From assembly GCA_965206645.1 (NCBI GenBank), contig CBDBKE010000001.1, forward strand, positions 224,001-288,000: a stretch of 64,000 nucleotides of DNA, in the 5' to 3' direction. The stretch is from Terriglobia bacterium (GTDB lineage: Bacteria > Acidobacteriota > Terriglobia > JAJPHL01 > JAPKYU01). Below, piece by piece: positions 40,660 through 51,267 of the stretch. The position numbers and the translations under genes are program-made. Below the pieces are notes generated by a model. It did not search any database and was not told the origin of the DNA. It saw nothing but the letters and a program-made list of their open reading frames with translations. The first letter of the stretch is position 1. Every line of letters starts with the position of its first letter.

Positions 40660-41265
40660 ATGACGAAAGCCAAAACTGGCTGGCTGCTACCGGGAATATT
40701 GTGTCTGGCTTCTCTTGTCGTGGCCCAAGACACGGCTTGGAAGAAGTACATGGATGCCGCTAAGGTGGCCTTCGACCGGGATCGGTACGCCGAAGCGGAG
40801 AAACAACTGCTCACCGCGCTGAAGGAGGCGGAAAAGTTCCGAGAGCAGGACCGGCGTTTGGCAGTCAACCTGGGCGCCCTGGGAACGGTCTACCGCGCCC
40901 AGGGTAGGTACGCCGAGGCCGAGCCGCTCTTGCGGAGGGCGCTGGCGATCGTCGAGAAGCGGGTCGCCGAGAAAGAGCTGGAGCCGGAGGATCCTCGAGT
41001 GGTGGAAGTGGTGGCTCCGATCCTCGACAACCTGGCAGCGCTTTACACCGCCCAGGCCAAGTACGCCGAGGCCGAGCCGCTGTTCCGGCGAGCGCTGGCG
41101 ATTCGCGAGAAGGCCCTGGGGCCGGAGCGCCCGGAGGTAGCCAAGACCCTCGACAACTACGCTGAGCTTCTACGAAAGACGAACAGGGAGGCCGAGGCCG
41201 CCAAACTGGAGGCCCGCGCCAAGGCCATCCGTGCCAAGCACGCTGGAAAGAACCCGCCGAAGTGA
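40660..41265 (+). CDS. Exported tetratricopeptide repeat protein
   Basis: Signal peptide; two YAEAEPL..RALAI repeats. Confidence 0.9.
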   Translation: MTKAKTGWLLPGILCLASLVVAQDTAWKKYMDAAKVAFDRDRYAEAEKQLLTALKEAEKFREQDRRLAVNLGALGTVYRAQGRYAEAEPLLRRALAIVEKRVAEKELEPEDPRVVEVVAPILDNLAALYTAQAKYAEAEPLFRRALAIREKALGPERPEVAKTLDNYAELLRKTNREAEAAKLEARAKAIRAKHAGKNPPK

Positions 41266-41523
41266 CCTACCTCCTTTTCACCAGCAGCGCCGGATAGGTC
41301 TCCCCTAACGGGCTAGTGTTTACCTATGTTCCAAGCCTGGAGGGTGAGTGGTGTTCTTTGACTCGCGCCTACCATCGAGAATTTCAGGCCAGCCACTTCG
41401 TGTCAGGCCTGCTTCATATACCGAGCAAGAATCATTTTCCCAACGTAAGGGACTCTCTTGTTGTGGTATACGTTGTCAAGATAGTTATTCTCGCTGGCTC
41501 GCAGGAGAGTCCGGGTAGGGTTC

Positions 41524-41838
41524 ATGGAAAAGCGGCGCCATCCGAGGTTCCCGGTCGAGATCCCAGTCCGTTGCGAATTCGGGGACCATGCCCGGCAATT
41601 CCGGGTGGTGAATATATCGCGTTTCGGCATGCTGGTGAAGGGCATCGAGCTGCCGCAGGTGGGCACGTTAGTGACGATGCGATTCTCGCTGGCCGGATCG
41701 GAGGAGACGGAAATGACGGCGGTAGTGCGCCACCACGTACATGGCGGCGAGGTGGAATTCATCGGGGTGGAATTCATCGAGGTGCTGCAGGAGCAGCAGA
41801 TACAGCTGATCGATTACTTGGATCGGCTGGCAACTTAG
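41524..41838 (+). CDS. PilZ domain protein
   Basis: RRHPRF and NISRFG motifs (RxxxR and D/NxSxxG). Confidence 0.85.
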   Translation: MEKRRHPRFPVEIPVRCEFGDHARQFRVVNISRFGMLVKGIELPQVGTLVTMRFSLAGSEETEMTAVVRHHVHGGEVEFIGVEFIEVLQEQQIQLIDYLDRLAT

Positions 41839-41874
41839 GAAGGCAAACCGCCGTGGCGATCGCGCTCGCGCACC

Positions 41875-42021
41875 CGAGTCCCGGCCGGCCCCGGCGTCGG
41901 CGCTGGTCGCGTAGCGCACGAGGGACACGCGGTTGACGCCGGGCTGCCGAGCGGCAGTCAGCATGGCAATGACCGGCCCGTAGCCGCACATAGCAAACGA
42001 CGGACACCTGATCAATTCCAC
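41875..42021 (-). pseudogene. AmmeMemoRadiSam protein B (MEMO1) C-terminal fragment
   Basis: MCGYGPVIAMLTAA...LVRYATSAD. Confidence 0.6.
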
Positions 42022-42183
42022 ACATCCCTCAAAGTGTCACTGGCCTGAGGTGCCGTCCCCCACCCGCAAGCCATGCTGAAGGGACGCAGTATAGACGCGG
42101 GGAGGTTTGTTCTCACGGGGACACCTCGGTAGGATAGAATTCCACAGGGGACTGAAGCGGCAACCCCATAAAATCAGGAGCAA

Positions 42184-43128
42184 ATGATGCGTGCAATCAT
42201 TCATCCCCTCACTCTCTTGGTAGTTTGCCTGGCTGTCGTCTCGCCGAGGGGTGCAGCCGAAGATGTTGCTGGCAGTGCGGACTACCCGGACATCGGCCGG
42301 TTTGCAGATTCGGCCATCAAGTCCTACAAGGTCGAGAACTACGGCAAGACTGTGCTGGCCACGGGGCCGGTGCGGTCCGCCAGGGATGCTAAGAAGACGG
42401 CCCGGAGGGTCGAGGGCAAGATCACTCGGATTCTATACCGCGTGCCTCCGGGCGTGTCGGCGCTCGAGGTGTTCCGAAATTTCCAGGCGAGAGTCCGTGA
42501 AGCGGGCTATGAATCGATCTTCTCGGGCGGACCGGGCGACATTCGTCCCTACGATTTCAAGTACAAGCACCCGGTGGAAATTCTCGATAAGATCTCGATC
42601 AGCAATGAGATTCATTATCTATCTGCAAAGAAGAGTTCGGGCGCCGGAGAGATTTATCTGTCGGTGCTGGTCAGTCCGCACAGCGGCGGTGACGGACAGC
42701 GGGTGCGCGTGATCGCAGCCGAGACCAAGACGATGGAAATGCAGATGACCGACGCGGAAAAGATGCAGCTCGACATTGGAGCGACCGGGAAGGTGGTGCT
42801 TTACGGTATCTATTTCGATCATGACCGGGCGAGCATCAAGCCGGAGTCCAAGGCGACGCTGGATGAGATCGCCAAGCTCCGCGGCTCGCAGTCGTCGCTG
42901 AAGCTCATTGTGGTCGGGCACACCGATAATTCCGGTCGTTTCGACTACAACATGGATCTTTCCCAGCGCCGGGCCCGAGCTGTCGCGGACGCACTCATCG
43001 CAAAGTATGGTGTTGCGCGAAATCGCCTGCGGAGCGAAGGCGTGGGTTACCTTGCCCCGGCAGCCAGTAATGACACTGACCAGGGGCGTACCCTCAATCG
43101 TCGCGTGGAGCTGGTCAAAGATCGCTAG
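42184..43128 (+). CDS. OmpA-family peptidoglycan-binding exported protein
   Basis: GIYFD, VVGHTD, LSQRRA and NRRVELV motifs. Confidence 0.9.
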   Translation: MMRAIIHPLTLLVVCLAVVSPRGAAEDVAGSADYPDIGRFADSAIKSYKVENYGKTVLATGPVRSARDAKKTARRVEGKITRILYRVPPGVSALEVFRNFQARVREAGYESIFSGGPGDIRPYDFKYKHPVEILDKISISNEIHYLSAKKSSGAGEIYLSVLVSPHSGGDGQRVRVIAAETKTMEMQMTDAEKMQLDIGATGKVVLYGIYFDHDRASIKPESKATLDEIAKLRGSQSSLKLIVVGHTDNSGRFDYNMDLSQRRARAVADALIAKYGVARNRLRSEGVGYLAPAASNDTDQGRTLNRRVELVKDR

Positions 43129-43329
43129 TCTGGCCCGCACCCCTCGCCGACCGGGGCACCTGATCGAACAAGCATGGAGGCGGAAATCGGCCCGTTCCTG
43201 TCGATACGTGCTGGGAGGCTAATATGTTCTTATCTTCCAGCCCGGATCGATGCGCGAGCTGCCGCCCCACGAGCCTGTTCTTCCCATGACGCCAAGCCTC
43301 ATACTTGACCTTCCCGCTCTTTTCCAACA

Positions 43330-43437
43330 AAAGGTATACGCTGGCTGGTAGTGGAACTCCCTGTCGAACTTTCCGCATACACTCGCTGGTAGCCCTCTGC
43401 CAGAAGACCCTTGAGAAGCTTTTAGGCTCCGAGAAGC
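43330..43437 (-). pseudogene. Possible AraC HTH C-terminal fragment cut by IS
   Basis: GFSEPKSFSRVF abuts the IS end. Confidence 0.3.
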
Positions 43438-43504
43438 CGACCTGACCGGCACTTTTTGTACCAAGTGGAAAGAGAGAGAATCCACTTGAGGAGGAAGTGA
43501 GGTC

Positions 43505-43783
43505 ATGCCGACAAGGAGTTACAAGCCGGAGCAGATTGTAGCGGTGCCACGGCAGATAGAAGTGCAGATGGGGAACGGGAAGACTGCGCCCCAAGCCTGC
43601 AAAGAAGCTGGAATCCACACCCAAACCTACTACCGGTGGCGGAAGGAATACGGCGGGCTGAAGGTGGTGCAGGCAAAACGGCTAAAGGAGTTGGAGAAGG
43701 AAAACACGCGGCTGAAGCGGTTGGTAGCGGAGCTTTCTCTGGAGAAGCAGGTACTGCGGGATGTGGCACAGGGAAACTTCTGA
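43505..43783 (+). CDS. IS3 transposase OrfA
   Basis: Nearly identical to 2552-2830. Confidence 0.9.
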   Translation: MPTRSYKPEQIVAVPRQIEVQMGNGKTAPQACKEAGIHTQTYYRWRKEYGGLKVVQAKRLKELEKENTRLKRLVAELSLEKQVLRDVAQGNF

Positions 43784-44637
43784 GCCCTGAGCGGCGGCGT
43801 TGTGCGGTGGAGCGTGCGTGGGAGCAACACGGGTTGTCGGAACGGCATGCCTGCCGGCTGCTGGGGCAATGGCGAGGGACACAACGATACGAGCCGATTC
43901 ATCGGGTGGACGAGGATGCTCTGACCCGAGCGATCATTGCCCTGGGAGCGAAGTACGGGCGATATGGCTACCGGAGGATCACAGCGTTGCTGCGGAGTGC
44001 GGGCTGGGAAGTGGGCAAGGACCGGGTGCAGCGGATTTGGCGGCGGGAAGGGCTGAAAGTGCCGCAAAAACAAAGGCCGCGAGGACGGCTGTGGCTGAAC
44101 GACGGTTCCTGTGTACGACTGAGGCCGGAGCGACCGAACCACGTGTGGAGCTACGACTTCATGAGTGCCAGAACGCACGAGGGGAGAACGCTGCGGCTGC
44201 TGACCTTGCTGGATGAGTACACGCGGGAATGCCTGGCGATCCGGGTGGAGCGGAGGATGGGCAGCCAACAAATCATTGAGGCGTTGTCGGACGTGATGTT
44301 GTGGCGAGGGATACCGGAACAGATTCGATCCGACAATGGTCCCGAGTTCATCGCCAAACAACTGCGCCAGTGGTTGGCAAATCTAGGGACCGGGGCACTG
44401 TACATCGAACCGGGCAGTCCCTGGGAGAACGGGTACTGCGAGAGTTTCAATGGGAAACTGCGGGACGAATGCCTGAATGGAGAGATCTTCTACTCGTTGA
44501 AGGAGGCGCAGGTAGTGATTGAGCAGTGGAGAGTGCAATACAACACGGTGCGGCCGCACTCGGCACTGGGCTACAGGCCCCCGGCGCCGGGGGCCTATAG
44601 AGTCTGTGTGAAAACCGCTCTTGCGAGTCACGTATAA
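43780..44637 (+). CDS. IS3 transposase OrfB, C-terminal tail replaced by IS1182 sequence
   Basis: WSYDF, SDNGPEF and ENGYCESFNG motifs. Confidence 0.88.
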   Translation: MSPERRRCAVERAWEQHGLSERHACRLLGQWRGTQRYEPIHRVDEDALTRAIIALGAKYGRYGYRRITALLRSAGWEVGKDRVQRIWRREGLKVPQKQRPRGRLWLNDGSCVRLRPERPNHVWSYDFMSARTHEGRTLRLLTLLDEYTRECLAIRVERRMGSQQIIEALSDVMLWRGIPEQIRSDNGPEFIAKQLRQWLANLGTGALYIEPGSPWENGYCESFNGKLRDECLNGEIFYSLKEAQVVIEQWRVQYNTVRPHSALGYRPPAPGAYRVCVKTALASHV

Positions 44638-45993
44638 TGCGCCTTAAGGGGGCGCGATGAAATTCTTGACCTACAACCCGGAGCAAGCGTATCTGCTACC
44701 GCCCAGCGTGCGGGAGGTGCTGGGAGAAGATCACATCTGTTTTTTTGTGCACCAAGTCGTGGAGCGGCTGGAACTGAGTGCGTTTGAGCAGGGCTACGTG
44801 GAAGAAGGCCGCCCGGCCTATCATCCGGCGCTGTTGCTGAAGGTGTGGCTGTATGCCTACGCGCTGGGCGTGACCTCGGCCCGCCGTCTGGAACAGCGGG
44901 TGCGGGAGGACCTGGCGTTCCGTTATCTGGCGGCCGGAGCGGGGCCGGACTTTTGGACGCTGAACCAGTTTCGGACGCGGCACGCCCGTGCCCTGAACGA
45001 TCTGTTCACACAGGTGGTGGAGTTGGCGCGGTCGCTGGGGATGGGGCGGCTGGGACACGTGGCCATGGACTCGACGCGGGTGGCGGCCAACGCCTCGCAG
45101 GACCGGGTGGAGACGGTGGCCAAGTTGAGGGCAGAGCGAGCCAAAATTCGGCGGCAGATTCGTCGCTGGCAGAAACAATGTGACACGCAGTCCTGCGAGG
45201 AAGCGGCTGGCCAGCAACTGAGCGGCAAGCAGATGGCAGCGCTGGAGAAGCGGCTGGAAGAAATCCCGCGATGCCTGGAGCGGTTGCGCAAAAGCGGGCT
45301 GAAGCGGCGTTCGGAAACCGATCCCGACAGCCGGTTTTTGCGCGACCGCAAGGGATTCACGCTGGGTTACACGGCGGAGGTGGCGGTCAGCGAAGATCAT
45401 CTGATTGTCGAGCAGCACGTGGGGCAAAACGCCACCGACAACGCGACGCTGGTCCCTCTGGTGGAGGCGGTCGAGCGGCGCTGCCGGGAACGCCCGCAGA
45501 AGGTCAGCGCCGACAGCGGCTTCTTTTGCTTGGAGACCATCGTGGAACTGGCCCAGCGTGGCCTGGACGTCTATGTGCCCGACTCGAACTTGGCGCGGGA
45601 ACTGAACCGAGGCCAACGCGCGCCCGGAGCACCTGCTGTACGGCATCCGGAACATCGGCGAATGCGACGCAAGCTGCGCGACCCGGCCGGCCGGGCGGTT
45701 TATCAGCGGCGCAAGGCGATCGTGGAACCAGTGATCGGGGTTTTGAAAGAACAGCGTGGAATGCGGCAGTTCCGGCGGCGGGGCCTGGAGAAGGTCGCGG
45801 TGGAGTTCGCGCTGGCCGCAACGGCCTTCAACCTCACCCGCCTGTGGCGCAACAAACCGAAGCTAAATCAGGAAGGCTAGTTCAGCAGACTCCCGGACCG
45901 GCGACTCGGCGAAGATCGAAACACCAGAATTCTGGAGCGAATCATGATCCCTTTTGATTTCCAGCCAGCTAAACCGAGTTTCCACACAGGCTC
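44600..45993 (+). mobile_element. IS1182-family element
   Basis: Ends GAGTCTGTGTG and CACACAGGCTC; 4-bp TSD TATA at 44596-44599 and 45994-45997. Confidence 0.92.
44657..45880 (+). CDS. IS1182 transposase
   Basis: GRPAYHP, PDFWTL..FR, DSTRV.ANAS, ADSGF and RK.IVEPVIG motifs. Confidence 0.93.
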   Translation: MKFLTYNPEQAYLLPPSVREVLGEDHICFFVHQVVERLELSAFEQGYVEEGRPAYHPALLLKVWLYAYALGVTSARRLEQRVREDLAFRYLAAGAGPDFWTLNQFRTRHARALNDLFTQVVELARSLGMGRLGHVAMDSTRVAANASQDRVETVAKLRAERAKIRRQIRRWQKQCDTQSCEEAAGQQLSGKQMAALEKRLEEIPRCLERLRKSGLKRRSETDPDSRFLRDRKGFTLGYTAEVAVSEDHLIVEQHVGQNATDNATLVPLVEAVERRCRERPQKVSADSGFFCLETIVELAQRGLDVYVPDSNLARELNRGQRAPGAPAVRHPEHRRMRRKLRDPAGRAVYQRRKAIVEPVIGVLKEQRGMRQFRRRGLEKVAVEFALAATAFNLTRLWRNKPKLNQEG

Positions 45994-46372
45994 TATAGCC
46001 CTTTTCTACTACCAAAACCGGTTTCAAGGCCCCAGGCTATGATGTAGACTCTCACTACTGTTGGTACAAAAACTCGGTCTGGTCAGCACCACGCGTCCGT
46101 TACAGCGCTGCACGAGTCGAAAACCCGGCCTGGCGGTCGAGAGAGCGGGCCGTGGGTTCCGAACCGAAGGGGGGGAACTCTCCAGCGAGGAACACAGCGA
46201 ACTGAACTTGTATCGCCACTGCTCTCGCCGTGTTTTGCTTGGTCCTCTCGACGGACGACGCCTCAGCCTTTTAGGTTTTGTACTGGGTTTGGCTGCCGCA
46301 ACACCGCATGGGGGCAGTTCCCTGCCGACTCAGCGGTCCAATCCACCTAGGAGCTAGAATGGCTCTAGTTCG

Positions 46373-49300
46373 ATGACCACCCACTCAGGCCAGGCCACGG
46401 CGGTCCTCGCCGAAAAGCCCTCCGTTGCACGAGACATTGCCCAAGTCCTGGGCGCCCACCGGCGTGGCGAGGGGTTCCAGCACGGCAACGGATACATCGT
46501 GACGTGGGCCATCGGTCACCTTGTCTCGCTCGCCGAACCCCACGAAATCAATCCTGCCTGGCGTCGTTGGCGGCGGGATCTGCTCCCGCTGTTGCCTCGC
46601 GAGTGGCCCCTGGTCGTCTACGAAGAGACTCGTGATCAGTTCGAGGTCGTCCGAAGAATCCTCCGCAGCAACAAAGTCGCCCGGATCGTGGCGGCGACCG
46701 ATGCAGGACGGGAGGGCGAGCTGATCTTCCGCTACATCTACAAGTTGGTCGGATGCACGAAACCGGTGGAGCGCCTCTGGATTTCCTCGCTGACATCCGA
46801 GGCAATTCGGCAAGGCTTCCGCACGCTGAAGCCTGCCCGAGCATACGACTGTCTCGCCGATGCGGCCCGAGCGCGCAGCCGGGCCGACTGGCTCGTCGGC
46901 ATGAACCTCTCCCGCCTCTACAGTCTGGACTGCCAGCAACAGCTGTCAGTCGGACGGGTACAGACACCGACCCTGGCCATGGTGGTCGAGCGGGAGTTGG
47001 CGATTCGCTCGTTCGTGCCCGAGGACTATCTGCAGGTCGTCGCGACCTTCCAACCCTTGGAGGGTGCCGGCGACGAGCCAGGAGAGCAATCGGATGGCTC
47101 CGCGCAAAAGCTGTCTTTCAAGGGAACATACTTCCGGCCGGCTGAGAACCCAGCGTCGGTCGGCAAAGCTGAGCTTCTCGACAAGGGCCCATCCCAGCGT
47201 GGCACGCGGCTGCCGGCCGACGGTGAGGAAGCCCGCCAGATCGTCGAGCGGGCCCAAACGGGAGAGGCTCACATCGCGTCCATCGAATGCGAGACGAAGC
47301 GGCTGGCGCCTCCCTTGCTCTATGACCTGACGGAGCTGCAGCGCCACGCCAATCGACTCTACGGCTTCAGCGCGAAGCGGACCTTGGATCTCGCGCAGAA
47401 CCTCTACGAGAAGCACAAGCTCCTCACGTACCCTCGCACCAACAGTCGTCATCTCTCCCAGGACGTGGCAGCAACACTGGACAAAGTCGTACGGGCGATC
47501 GCCGGGCCCTATCAAGCGTCACTTGCTCCGGGAACCGGCAGGCGCCCCCTGGGTCGGCGGTTCGTCGATGACGCCAAGGTCACCGACCACCACGCGATCA
47601 TCCCCACCGGCGTTGCGGGATCACCGCCGCGCGGCGATGAAGCCAAGATCTATGACCTGGTGTGCCGTCGTCTGCTCGGTGCTTGGCACCAGGACCACGT
47701 CTGGGCTGTCACCACCATCATCACCACCGTCACTTCGCCTGCCGAGCCAGAGCAATCGGACCGCGTGGTCGACCGCTACTGCAGCCCGGGCATGTCGGTC
47801 GAACAAGAAGGCTGGAAAGTGCTGGACCTGGCGCCCCCAAGTAAAGCCGCCAAACGAAAACCGACAGCGGAAGAGATCCGAGACGACTCCTCGTCAAAGA
47901 ACTCCCCCTCCGACGGAGAAGGCGCACAGAGAATCCCACCGGGACTGGCACAGGGCCAGCCACAACGAGTCTCCCACGTCGAAGCGCTTTCCAAGAAGAC
48001 ACGGCCGCCGAAGCGATTCACCGAGGCCACGCTGCTGACGGCGATGGAGTCTGCCGGGAAGACGCTCGAAGAAAAAGAGCTTTCCGACGCCATGAAAGAC
48101 CGCGGGTTGGGCACGGCGGCGACCCGCGCGACGATCATCGAGACAGTGTTGCGAAGGGAATACCTGCGGCGTAAGGGCAACTCCCTCGAGGCGACCGAGA
48201 AAGGGATTCACTTGATTGACGTCGTGCACGCTGCGGTCAAGAGTCCGGCCATGACCGGCGAGTGGGAAGCGCAACTGCGCGAGATCGAACGCGGCCAGGG
48301 CCAATTCCAGAAGTTCATGCAGGGGATCGAGGAGTACCTTCGCCACGTTGTCGGCAAGAAGCCGGTGCAAGGACAGCCCGAGCCCTACGCGGAGCATCAG
48401 TCATCCCTTCGGCCGACGGCGGAGTCGCTCGGATCTCGGCCGACCCGTTCCCTTGAGCAAACAGAACGGCGCTCTCTGGCTGCGAGTGCGGGGGCTGGCC
48501 CACAAGGGGCGCTCTCTCACGCCCCGGCAGAGGTGGATCGCGGTCCGCCCACAGCTCGTGTGTCTACGGGCACGGACGGTGCGGAACAGGGTGGGTCCGG
48601 GCTCGGCGAGCTGCTGCGGTCCGGCTTCGGCTTCGAGTCATTCCGTCCCTATCAGGAGGAGGTCTGCGAGGCAGCCGCCGCCGGGCGTGACGTGCTACTG
48701 GTGATGCCCACCGGCGCCGGCAAATCGCTCTGCTACCAACTCCCTGGCCTGGCGCGCGGGGGCGTGACGCTGGTCATCAGCCCCCTGATCGCGCTCATGG
48801 AAGATCAGGTTGCCAAGCTCCAACAAACGGGCCTTCGTGCGGAGCGGATCCACTCTGGGCGCGACCGGGGGCTCAGCCGCGAGGTCTGTTTCCGTTACCT
48901 CGAGGGGAAACTCGATTTTCTCTTCATCGCCCCGGAACGGTTGAATGTGACAGGCTTCCCGGAGATGCTCGCCAAGCGGACTCCCACGCTCATCGCGATC
49001 GACGAGGCACACTGTATCTCACACTGGGGTCACGATTTCCGTCCCGAGTATCGCATGTTGGGACAGCGGCTCGCCCCGCTGCGTCCCGCTCCCGTCATCG
49101 CACTGACCGCGACCGCGACCCCGCTGGTGCAAGACGACATCATCGAACAGCTCGGGCTCAACAACCCGTTATGCGGGATCCACGGATTCCGGCGCGACAA
49201 CATCGCCATCGAGGTCATCGAGAGGACGCCGAGTCAACGCCCTCCAGCAGTCAAGGAGCTGCTCGCGGAGCCAGTGCAGCGCCCCGCCATCATCTATGCG

Positions 49301-50644
49301 CCCACGCGCAAGTCCGCCGAAGAGCTCGCGCTGGAGTTAGCACCACAGTTCTCGACAGCGGCCTACCACGCGGGAATGATGCCGGAGACCCGCGACAAGG
49401 TCCAAACAGCGTTTCTGTCGGGCACACACGAAGTCATCGTCGCCACGATCGCCTTCGGGATGGGGATCGACAAGCCCAACATCCGCACGGTCGTGCATAC
49501 CGGCCTACCGGGCAGCGTGGAAGCCTACTATCAGGAAATCGGCCGGGCCGGACGCGACGGCAAGCCGTCCCGGGCGGTGCTGATGTATTCCTGGGCCGAC
49601 CGCAAGACGCACGAGTTCTTCCAAGGGCGCGACTATCCCGCTGTGGAAGAACTGGAGCGGATCTTCGAGAAACTGTCCAACGAACCCGAGGCCCGCCAGA
49701 AACTCAAGCAGCAGGTTCGAATGGACATGATCGTCTTCGAGAAAGCGCTCGAAAAACTCTGGATTCACGAGGGAGCGCTGATCGATCCCGAAGAAAACGT
49801 GCGGCGCGGTCATGACCGCTGGAGGGCACCCTATATCGCGCAACGCGAGTACAAGCTCAAGCAGCTTGACCGCATCGTCCGCTTTGCCTCCTCACATGAG
49901 TGTCGCATGCGCGACCTCGTCCGACACTTCGGCGACCAAGCGGACTCGCAACAGCCGTGCGGCACCTGTGACATTTGCGCTCCGGATTCTTGTGTCGTGC
50001 AGCGGTACCGGCAGCCCAGCGAAGAAGAAAACGTCAGTCTCGATCAGATCGTTGAAGCCGTCAAGGCGCAAGAGGGGCTGGCCCTCGGCCGGTTGCACGA
50101 ACAAGTCGCCAAAGCGACCCCGCTGGAACGAAAGACTTTCGAGAAGCTGCTGGGTGGGTTGGCCCGGGCAGGGCTCGTCAAGACAATCGCTGCTGCCTTC
50201 GATAAGAACGGGCGGAGGATCGAATATCGCCGCGTTTTTCTTACCCAGGAGGGCCGGCAGCTCACTGGCTCGGCCGCACCCCTCGTCTCGTTGCCGGTCG
50301 AGGCTCCCCCTGCCCCCAAGAAGAAAAAGAAGAAACGCACGGCGAAGCCCGGAAAGAAAGAGCCACGACCGGAGAAGCACAGGCCCACTGTTCAGCCCAT
50401 CGAAGCCGACGACGGACTCCCGGATCCACAACTGGTCGAGCAGCTGCGAGCCTGGCGTCTTGAGAAAGCCCGTGCGCAGCGCATCCCAGCTTTCCGCGTC
50501 TTCCCGGACCGAACCTTAAACTCCATCGCGCAATTGCGCCCCACCAACCAGGAAGAGCTCTTACAAGTGCCAGGCATCGGGCCCCGTCTCGCTCGTAAAT
50601 ACGGTCGGAAGATTCTCTCGCTCGTAGCCGGAAACGACAAGTGA
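46373..50644 (+). CDS. DNA topoisomerase III - RecQ helicase - HRDC fusion
   Basis: Type IA motifs AEKPSVA, ATDAGREGE, GRVQTPTL and TYPRT. RecQ motifs PTGAGKS, DEAH, WGHDFRP, QEIGRAGRDG and CGTCDIC. C-terminal HRDC domain. Confidence 0.93.
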   Translation: MTTHSGQATAVLAEKPSVARDIAQVLGAHRRGEGFQHGNGYIVTWAIGHLVSLAEPHEINPAWRRWRRDLLPLLPREWPLVVYEETRDQFEVVRRILRSNKVARIVAATDAGREGELIFRYIYKLVGCTKPVERLWISSLTSEAIRQGFRTLKPARAYDCLADAARARSRADWLVGMNLSRLYSLDCQQQLSVGRVQTPTLAMVVERELAIRSFVPEDYLQVVATFQPLEGAGDEPGEQSDGSAQKLSFKGTYFRPAENPASVGKAELLDKGPSQRGTRLPADGEEARQIVERAQTGEAHIASIECETKRLAPPLLYDLTELQRHANRLYGFSAKRTLDLAQNLYEKHKLLTYPRTNSRHLSQDVAATLDKVVRAIAGPYQASLAPGTGRRPLGRRFVDDAKVTDHHAIIPTGVAGSPPRGDEAKIYDLVCRRLLGAWHQDHVWAVTTIITTVTSPAEPEQSDRVVDRYCSPGMSVEQEGWKVLDLAPPSKAAKRKPTAEEIRDDSSSKNSPSDGEGAQRIPPGLAQGQPQRVSHVEALSKKTRPPKRFTEATLLTAMESAGKTLEEKELSDAMKDRGLGTAATRATIIETVLRREYLRRKGNSLEATEKGIHLIDVVHAAVKSPAMTGEWEAQLREIERGQGQFQKFMQGIEEYLRHVVGKKPVQGQPEPYAEHQSSLRPTAESLGSRPTRSLEQTERRSLAASAGAGPQGALSHAPAEVDRGPPTARVSTGTDGAEQGGSGLGELLRSGFGFESFRPYQEEVCEAAAAGRDVLLVMPTGAGKSLCYQLPGLARGGVTLVISPLIALMEDQVAKLQQTGLRAERIHSGRDRGLSREVCFRYLEGKLDFLFIAPERLNVTGFPEMLAKRTPTLIAIDEAHCISHWGHDFRPEYRMLGQRLAPLRPAPVIALTATATPLVQDDIIEQLGLNNPLCGIHGFRRDNIAIEVIERTPSQRPPAVKELLAEPVQRPAIIYAPTRKSAEELALELAPQFSTAAYHAGMMPETRDKVQTAFLSGTHEVIVATIAFGMGIDKPNIRTVVHTGLPGSVEAYYQEIGRAGRDGKPSRAVLMYSWADRKTHEFFQGRDYPAVEELERIFEKLSNEPEARQKLKQQVRMDMIVFEKALEKLWIHEGALIDPEENVRRGHDRWRAPYIAQREYKLKQLDRIVRFASSHECRMRDLVRHFGDQADSQQPCGTCDICAPDSCVVQRYRQPSEEENVSLDQIVEAVKAQEGLALGRLHEQVAKATPLERKTFEKLLGGLARAGLVKTIAAAFDKNGRRIEYRRVFLTQEGRQLTGSAAPLVSLPVEAPPAPKKKKKKRTAKPGKKEPRPEKHRPTVQPIEADDGLPDPQLVEQLRAWRLEKARAQRIPAFRVFPDRTLNSIAQLRPTNQEELLQVPGIGPRLARKYGRKILSLVAGNDK

Positions 50645-50678
50645 CCTTGGGCAGAACGCGTGCTGCCGGGGGGCGTTA

Positions 50679-51267
50679 GAGTCTGTGTGGAAACTCGGTT
50701 TAGCTGGCTGGAAATCAAAAGAGATCATGATCCGCTCCAGAATTCTGGTGTTTCGATCTTCGCCGAGTCGCCGGTCCGGGAGTCTGCCGAACTAGCCTTC
50801 CTGATCTAGCTTCGGTTTGTTGCGCCACAGGCGGGTGAGGTTGAAGGCCGTTGCGGCCAGCGCGAACTCCACCGCGACCTTCCCCAGGCCCCGCCGCCGG
50901 AACTGCCGCATTCCACGCTGTTCTTTCAAAACCCCGATCACTGGTTCCACGATCGCCTTGCGCCGCTGATAAACCGCCCGCCCGGCCGGGTCGCGCAGCT
51001 TGCGTCGCATTCGCCGGTGTTCCGGATGCCGTACAGCAGGTGCTCCGGGCGCGCGTTGGCCTCGGTTCAGTTCCCGCGCCAAGTTCGAGTCGGGCACATA
51101 GACGTCCAGGCCACGCTGGGCCAGTTCCACGATGGTCTCCAAGCAAAAGAAGCCGCTGTCGGCGCTGACCTTCTGCGGGCGTTCCCGGCAGCGTCGCTCG
51201 ACCGCCTCCACCAGAGGGACCAGCGTCGCGTTGTCGGTGGCGTTTTGCCCCACGCGCTGCTCGACAA
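50679..51267 (-). mobile_element. 3' part of a second IS1182 copy, truncated at an att junction
   Basis: Near-identical reverse complement of about 45405-45993. Confidence 0.9.

Larger units (their letters stand above)
43438..46085 (+). mobile_element. IS3-family element, copy B, interrupted by IS1182
   Basis: Same IRs as copy A, with a T-to-C change at the first base. orfA 43505-43783; orfB runs to 44599. Confidence 0.92.

Noticed and set aside
46373-50644. Reverse gyrase
   Set aside because: The domain order is topoisomerase then helicase, and the helicase is RecQ-type with HRDC.
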